Source: Phoronis australis (Eukaryota; Animalia; Phoronida). From it: 64,000 bases of DNA. The stretch lies in the NCBI GenBank assembly GCA_002633005.1, contig NMRA01000945.1, forward strand, positions 6,181 through 70,180, written 5' to 3'. Within the stretch, counting starts at the first letter, position 1; the number at the start of each line of letters is the position of its first letter. A program made the position numbers and the translations under genes. The notes beneath the pieces are model-generated. The model was not told the origin of the DNA. It did not search any database and saw only the letters and a program-made list of their open reading frames with translations. Positions 42,701 to 51,700 of the stretch are shown here, one piece after another.

Positions 42701-45700
42701 AACAAAACCTATTATAACACAACTTAGAAGAGCTGGAACAAGTGATCTGGTAGCACAATTAGATAGTGAAGAAGTTTGCAGGACTGAGAGCAACCTGTTA
42801 CATGTTGTGTTCATCTAAAGCCACTCACACGTGACCATCTAAACCCAAGCATGAGTGTTTGGGATGGACTAAGTGCATTTCCATTGTGCTTTTTGCAAGC
42901 AAGCTCCTGTTCTCATGACACATAAAACAGCAGAAGAAATTTGCAATCATTTCTGAAAAGGCTTTCTAACAGCAAATAAATTGACATTGATGAATTTTTT
43001 TGTTGTGCCAAATAATTTTACTAGTCAACTAGTTGCGGTGATGCCCACCCCCCCCCCCACCCCCCATCAACAGTGCAGACATAGTCTTGACTAAATATTC
43101 CTGGTCTGATGTTTGTTTGTCATATGCTTCTTATAATGACTTAGAAGTCTGGGGTTACCTATTCAAGATTTTCTGATCTAATGACTGCTCTTTTACTGAC
43201 GGATTCCTTGCTGCAATGTTGTTACTTTACTATCATTTACTGTACAAGTCTGTGGTTCTTGATCATTTTTGTCATCATCATTCATCGATATCATCATCAC
43301 CATAACTATCATTTTTCATTCATTTTCTCCAAGTGTGACTGGACAGGGCCGTTTCTTAGAATCATTTTGGATATCATCACCATGACCATGACCATAGTCA
43401 TTGTCCGCCATCATCATCATCCGTCACCATCACCGTCACCATACTCATCATCATCGCCATCATCATCACCACCATCATCATCTTTTCCACTGTCGTCATT
43501 GCCACCACAACCGTCACCATCATCTTCCGTCATAACAATCATTAAGCATTTTATTTCACCATGTCACTGTCAGTCTCTAAAGCACTTTGATTTTTGCTAG
43601 TTGAAATTAGGATCTAACGGAGTGCTAATGATATACAGCAATCTAACAGACATGAGTGTGCTTAGCGTGAAGCCTCCCAGGCATTTTCAACACTTCATTA
43701 GATTCCACAACATTGACAAAAATAACAATTCCTTAAGGAAATTGACTTCCTTTTTTATCAAAGATCAAACATCTTAAAAGTTACTATAAGCAGGTGTTCC
43801 ATTAAAGAAACTAACTTTTGATTTAGGCCATTGATTTACTACTATAGAAATGTTCTCAACTTGTTCCTTACTAACATATTTTTGGTCTTGCAAAGTACTG
43901 ACAGTTACTTCCTACTCAAGACACTATGCTAGGAGAATAAAATGATACGTCGCCATAACAACTAGTAAAATCTGGTCTTGAGCGCTAATGAACTGTCAAT
44001 TCATTTCAAGACCAGAAATCACACCTATTTTGATTAAGGAAAATTTTGAGACAAAATTTAGATAATGGTAAGTGGTCTTAATCAGAAATTGCTTTTTGTG
44101 ATAGCAGCTTTAAATAACTTCTAAGGTCACTAAATAAGGTTTGAGTTATCTCAAACCTTATTTAGAGACATTCATTCTAACTCATATATCAAAAAAGCAG
44201 GCTATGTCAACTAGTAAAAGTTTATATTAACCGTGTTTGCTATTTCAACATTCGCTCGCAATGTCAACTGAGTTTGCAGTGCGTAATAAACTTAAAGGTG
44301 AAGGCAACCTCTTTTCCTGTCATTTTTAGCAAAAATAAGGTTCGTTGATTATCCCAGATCTATTTTTCATTTAATTACAGAAGCTTTTTGTAATTTAAAC
44401 AATTACTCGTCCTTTACTCCGGAAGTGACGTTTTGGGAGGCAAGCATTTCGCGCCAATTTATTTTCATTTAGTCTGACTGTGAGAGCTACCGAGTCAGTC
44501 ATTGTTCTACCTCTGTTGTGATAAGTTCAGTTGTTGTCATTTGCTTTTGTTTATGAGTCAGTCAACATAAAACACTGTTGCTACATACCGAGATGCACTA
44601 TCTCATTATCGTCACACAGACAGAGGAACAATTGTCCCACTTGCCCAAGTGTCCGTGACATACTCTCACTGGATGGTGACCTGAGCTCACAAGCTGCTTA
44701 CATCCCGCAGTGCTTCTCCCTCAAACACACCTGGCACCTTCTAAATAGCTCCAATACTTTAGACAAGTCCTCAATAAACTTATCAAAGTTTGCCTCACCG
44801 ATCTGTTTATTGAACGATGAATTGTCCTCTTCACTGGGTGTCGAACCGGCCTGTATTCACATTCCCTCTACTCAACATCGGAGCAGGGCTGCTTACAGGC
44901 TCTGCACGATAATGAGTACATCCTGGTGCGCAGCAACAGGATGGCATGTTGACAGACTCGAAAGCAAAAGCAAACGATGACGGAACTTGTCACAGCCGAG
45001 CTATAACAATGACTGACTCGACAGCTCTCATAGTCACACTATATGAAAAAAAATTGGTGCGAAAATCTTGCCTCAGTCCCAAAACGTCACTTCCAGAGTA
45101 AAGGACAAATAATTAATTAAGTTTCGAAAAGCTGTAATTAAGTGAAAAATATGTCAGGGATAATCAAAGAACCTTATTTTTGCTAAGTGACATGAAAAAA
45201 AGGTTGACTTTCCCTTTAATCATCGCTAAAACATATTAATGTTGTGAATGTGCCTCGAGTCCAGCTAAGGTCAAGGTGGGGTCAGCTGTTAAGTAGGTCA
45301 ACAGTTCGTTATGATACACACCGCATGCCAGGGAGACTGATTGAAACCAAGTACAAAATGGACAACAAAAATCGAGACGGTGGATAAAGCACGCCGTGAG
45401 CATGAGATCGAAGCAACGAAATGTCAAATTGCGCGACCAAATAAATGAATTTGGGTGAGGATTTATCTCTTTTCACAATTTTCTGTGTTCAAGAACAGAA
45501 ATTCACAGAGACCGTGCGGCGATTCACAGATCCGTTGTATTCGTTCTTAACAGTCATATGCATGCAGACGCACAAATCCCACAGGATCTACATTTTCCAC
45601 GGCATCATTCTATCCTAAGTACGCCTCATTGACTCAATATTTTGGCAACTTGGTGAGTGAGAGGTACATATGGAACTGATCTATGCCTGGCAATTTCATT

Positions 45701-48700
45701 TCAATTTCACAAAGAACGATATACATGTCTGATAGCATACAGGTAATTTGTACCTGTTGTGATGAGAGACGAATGAACTGAGACTAAGAATAAGGTATGG
45801 TCCAGCACTAAAAATTACAATTTTGCATGTTCGTAATTTGTCATAGTAAGCAAACAGCAAAATGAGAAGTGAATGACCAACAAAAATGATCAATTGGAAT
45901 TAACGAGCTTTTTATTTTAGTAGGATCCATCTGTACATGATTAATCTACCATCAGGTTGTATGCCTGACACACATCTCATGCTGTCTATTTATGAGACTT
46001 CTGATCAGTTCTGACACAGGCTTGGTAATGGCATTCCACTCCTAAACAAGAATGCANAAAGTGACCAAATGACAAAAAGCGGCGTGCTTGCCCCAACTCA
46101 CACACAAAAAATGCCACAAAATCAAGATCATAATGATTTTGTACATATATTTGGTATGGATACGTAGAATATTGCGTAAGGAAATAGTTGATGATGATCC
46201 CTGTGCAATTTGAAAAAAAATTCGAGGTAAAATTGGATTTGTTGAAAATTAAAAAATGCGATTTTTTAAAAAATCGAACTACAAAAAAAACATTTTTTTT
46301 CGATTTTTGTCACTTTCAGAGTCATGTCTAACTAGTTAAAACTCCATTTTTACTCATTTTAGTTAGGAACCTGGAGATTTGATCAGTGTATACACCTACC
46401 TTAAGTCTGGTTGACATGCTAACCAACCCAATCCGTTGACATTTTGTACCTCCTCTTGGGGCCATTTAACACTGCTGTCACTTGTCTTGATTTACTGGAG
46501 TTGAAACAATTAACCAATCTCTACCATCTGCAGGCTGGACTTTCATGGACAGGTTCATGGACATAGGGTTGTTACTAGAAACTAAAATGGGTCGAGTTGT
46601 CGACTCTGCTTGAAAAGCAACTGGTGTCACCACTTACTTTTGCATCAAGTTCGACAAAATTCATCAAGTCCATATCAGAAATAGATGAAGGAATTTCTTG
46701 TTGAAAACCAAAATTTCCAACAAGACATGCCACAGTAGTCAAATGGATTTGAACTCGACTGGTGCTGGTGCATCCCATACACATACTACGCATCAAGTGT
46801 AGGCAAAATTCGCCCAGTCTTTTCACAAAAAATTGGCAGATTAGAACTTAGTTAGTGAAAACTAAAATGACCTAAAGAGGGTGCTACCATAGTTGAATAC
46901 CTCCGAAGTCATCATGCCGGTGCATTCTCACCACTAGCATCAAATAATTGTCAAATAAATTGTTGTCTTTCCAAAAACCGATAAACAATGAAATTCTAGC
47001 ACAAAGACAAAATACGGTCGAAAGGAGTGCACAAATTTACTAGTAAGTTCAATCTATCTGAAATTTGACTTGCGCTGACGCATCCTCGCCACGTAACATT
47101 GCGCCATGCATCATCATGTGGTCACAATTATTCATCAACGAATTTGGTAGAGACAGAAGCTGACATATACAAAACTAAAATTGTCACTAGGGCACACAGG
47201 CACCAATTTCACGAAGATAAAGGAAGGGGTTTAGGAATTCCAACAGCAAAGGTAGGCCTCAAGCTAAATGAACAGAGAAGAAAGTTTTAAGATACTCAAA
47301 CAATCCATTCAAGTCCTTGAGAGATACTAGAATGGAAGACGCTGTGTACAGTCTGGTCAGCTGGACAGTTGCACAGACACACGTTTGACACGCCACGTTT
47401 TACATGTTCGACACGTTTTTAGAGCGTTCCAATACTCCACGTTTTTAGATCGTGTCAAACATGTCAAATTCTCACCCGGGCAGTTACACAGACAGAGAAG
47501 TGGATGGTCACACTGACAGACGTGGACAGTGGATGGACAATCACACAGAGAGATAAATGGACAGTCACACAGACAGTGGACAGCCACTTCCTGGGTTCCC
47601 AACTTTTTGGGAACCTGAATAATGGGCAATACACCACTTCTCAAAATCCGGGGGGGCTTCTGTACTGACTAATAACAGCTGCACAAGAAAAAACTTCATA
47701 TCTTAAGTGTACAGATTTTATGAGAAGAAAATGGACCAAATAACTTACCACTCAGAAGACAGCTGACCACCACCAGGCATGGCTCAGAATCACAAGATCA
47801 CAGATGGTAGTAGAATTGAATTGAAGATTTCATTAGAATACAACCTAAGGCATTAACAATAGTTAAATAGGCTGTTGTGATCTCTAAACCAATCATTTGT
47901 CAGGCCTTATGGTAATCCATGATGTACACAAACCAAAGAATCACAAGATATGAGGTGGTTCAAAAGCTATGGCCAACTGTTATGGATCAGTCCATTTACT
48001 GTAGGTAAATCAAGCTCCTCTGTGGAGGAGTTGCTGGCTCCAACAGTTGTTTATGGAATTCCAAACCTTTCAGTTGTTTGTATGTATGGGTTTTACATTT
48101 AGCCCATTACTCTAGGCCTACATGTATTAAATAACTATTAAGTTTATCTCAAACCTTATTTAGTGACCTCCATTCTAACTCAAAAATCAAAAAACAGGCT
48201 TTTTCAACCGTTAAAAATATAGATTTTCTGAAAGAAAAACATCAGAGGTGATAAAAATATATTTTATATTTACATGTCCTAATTACAGGCCCCTCAATCC
48301 CTCGATTTTGGGGGCGCATATCGGCTCCAATCTCCATCTGAAAAATATTCAAAAATCACGCGACATTCCCCTCATGAAGCCCAAAAGTTCCCTCAGGTGA
48401 TTGAAAAATTCCCCTTGAGGTTTGAATCACTTGTAACTCCCACAGGTGACAATTTGAAAGGGCTCAAAATGAGTTTTGGCTATTTCAGGCAGAGCCTATG
48501 AGGGCTTGCAACAGGGTGGGGGCACTAATTGATGAGGACACAAAATTTTCCCCTTACCCCAAAAAAATTCCACTCTCAGAAAGCCCAGGCACCATTCCCC
48601 TTGGATGAATGAGGGCCCTGAAAGACACCAAGTAAGAAATGTAGAACAGAAATCATCGAGTATCTGTAGTTGAAGCGCACCGTGAGCACAAGATAGAAAT

Positions 48701-51700
48701 AGCAAAATGTCAGATTACTGGAAAAATGAATGAACTTGGGTGAGGATTTATCATTCTTCACAACTTGTGATTGTGATATGGCCACAGAAGCCATGCAGCG
48801 ACCGGTACATTCGTCATAACGTAAGCAACAGCCGTATGTAAGCAGACGAGCAACTCACTCATTTTCTGTGGCATCTTTCCAGGCTATGTACACCTCGTTA
48901 ACTCAGTCTTATGGTGACTTGGTGAATGAAAGGACTATGAATTGTGGGAAGTACAGCTCTGTAGCCTTTGACCTTGGATACGAAGTAAACAATTTCCACA
49001 TGGCTGAAGGTGGTTTTGCTAAACCTTTGTTCTCGCTGCACCATATATATTTCATGTTTGAAATTCCCAAGAACATCAGTTAAGGTACACATATGATACA
49101 CATATGTGAAATCTTGAATTGTAAAAATGGCTATTTTTTGTGATTAAGGTTTGACATATCCTTAGTTCGTTTTGTATTAGATGCGTGTAACGTGTCGCTT
49201 GTCTAGTTTATGACAGTTTGCAACAATCCGGTTCAAAACTTTTAACTTTGTCAGACAGATTCTGATGTTCTACCAGCTGAACTATTCATTGTTCTTTGTA
49301 TATCCATGGCCCAAATCAGACACTTACTTCAAAATCTAATAACACCGTCAAATCAAAGGAAGTGATCTCTTGTCTAGTAATGTTACATCCATGCTGGTGC
49401 AAAAAATGGTCTCAGATAAAACGAGATTTCGCAAGAGAATACAAGAAAGCTGCCAGCCGCCAACACTGTTGTGTACTTAATTCTGTGCTTTATGCATTGT
49501 TCTATAAAATATTGATAAAAAAATTTAAATGTTCTTGCTTTGCATGAGGGGCTACCAAAAATAGGATTTTATGATTTTTGAGAAAAAAAACCCGAAAGTC
49601 TCATCAAAAGAAAATTAAAAAATATTTGCGTTTTTCAGATTCATTTTTTACATAAATATCAAAAGATAGTTGGCCGTGTTACATTGTTTTGCTATGAATG
49701 CAGCTTCTTTTGTGCTACATTTTACTAAAGACATGGTCACGTGACCATTTAATGATAGAGAGGCAGACGTCAAAAACATACTAAAAAAATTTAAAGTGGC
49801 CACCTGATAACGCAGAATAGGTCAAATCCATCCAAAAATGAGAAACCTATATGCCAAATTTCATGAAAATCTATCAGGGAACTCCAAAGAACAGGGGCAA
49901 AGGTAAAAATATGAAATTTCCACTAGGGGACAGAGCAGTAGTTGGATTGGTCTGAAACTCATCGTTGTCTGTCGTCAGATTCATAAGAACACACCAGCCA
50001 ATTTAATCAAGATCCCGTAAAGGTCTTAGCAGATGCCCGGACAGAAATGACGGCAAAAAATACAATTGTACAGGTTAGCTACTTTCAGAAAATATATACT
50101 TGTTCAAATGTGTTTGTTGATAAATACTACCTGTTGCTGATAAATATAATTTGCGTGACACGTAGGAGTTCTCATTCAAAGAGTTCCCAATTTGATGAGA
50201 CAGTGAAAGCTTTACGGAAATAGTTACATAAAACAGTTGTTTTATACCTGTGCCAACACTAGCTATCAGCGTGAGTACACAGTTATCAGCTGAAGTAGGT
50301 TTAAAATACATTGATGCAGTGAACTGAGCACCACTGTTACGACTCTCAACCAGAATATCAAGAAAAGGAATTTTATCAATGACTGAAAAGACTCTTGATT
50401 TTCCACAGCCAGCCTTTATTACTGGTAAGATATGTCAACCATTTGACGGCTAGCCAACCAGAGCATTTATCTGTTAAGGCCATTAAAACAAATGGAACAT
50501 CCTGTTCAAACTAAACTTGTCTAAAAGAAAATTTGCTGCCAAGATACTCTGAGTTCTCTATAGGTGAATGTGCACCTTAAATGAAAAAAATGTTATTGAC
50601 AGTTTTTCTACAAACATGTCGTTTGTGGTTTTCTCCAAAGAACAATAACAATGATTTGTGAAATTTATAACATCCAAATAAACACATACATCAGTCTATT
50701 ACTGGTGAATCATCAGAATACCAATAACTCAGAAGGCTTAAAGAAGTACCAGGATTGTGTGTCTCTAGGTGAAAAGCTTATAATTTAGCAATCAATTCCA
50801 CCAGGCATTTCCCACATGGCTTATTTTTTTATTTTTATTTTTTTGAGAAGTGCCAGCACAGAGACTAAGAGCTGTCACGATGAGACATGACAAGACACAC
50901 ATACAGCATAGAGAAATGCATGCACAAAATCAATAAATGTATAGCAAATAGAAGTATGATAATGAAGCATTTGTTATTGAGAAAATGTGACCATAATCAA
51001 CTGCTCAGTTTAAGAAGCCAATATGTGGTGCACTCTTTAGGGAACCAGGGCATTTACATTAATTTTGTATGCCCTGCCACCTATTGGCAAATAGAAAATA
51101 CATCGACAGGTAGTTTTTCATGCCTTGATATGAAAGAGTCCCGATGGGGGCTTTATCATTGAGGGCTCTTTCAGAAATTTAGGAAGTCTGTAAATACATG
51201 GTGTTCTCATCACTTCTCTGTAATTACCAAAACAAACGACAACTGATGAGCTTTCTAATAAAGCCCCCTTCTCACTGTGGAGGAGTCAAAGTTTAGGGGA
51301 GCTTGACACTCAAAAAGTCTAATTCAAAAGCCAGTCACAAAATATTTATTGGTATTTTGTTTACATATCAAACATTCCGTTACAATTAATATATCCTTAA
51401 TTTATCATCCAAAAGTGCACTTGATTATTCATATGGTGATTCTTACTTATTGAGCACAAAATATGGCCAACAAGTGAAATTCTAAATTTCTCCACAGAAC
51501 TAAAGATTAGAAATAACATTTTATTCTATTAAGACCATAATTTTCAGTGTGTAGATGCCATAAAACAACATCTCCTAAAATTTCCATTATTTGCAAAAAA
51601 CAAGAAAGTTATCAGCCACTGAAAAATGTCAAAAAGCTAAAATAAATTAGTAATCAAACAATCATAGATAAACATTCGTCACTTCGTTTCAACCTTTCGA

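Noticed and set aside
43181-43600. 139-aa His/Ser/Pro-rich ORF
   Set aside because: Product of a degenerate CAT microsatellite.
51243-51270. Hammerhead-like CTGATGA followed by the stem gcttt...aaagc
   Set aside because: No GAAA after stem II, so the catalytic core is incomplete.
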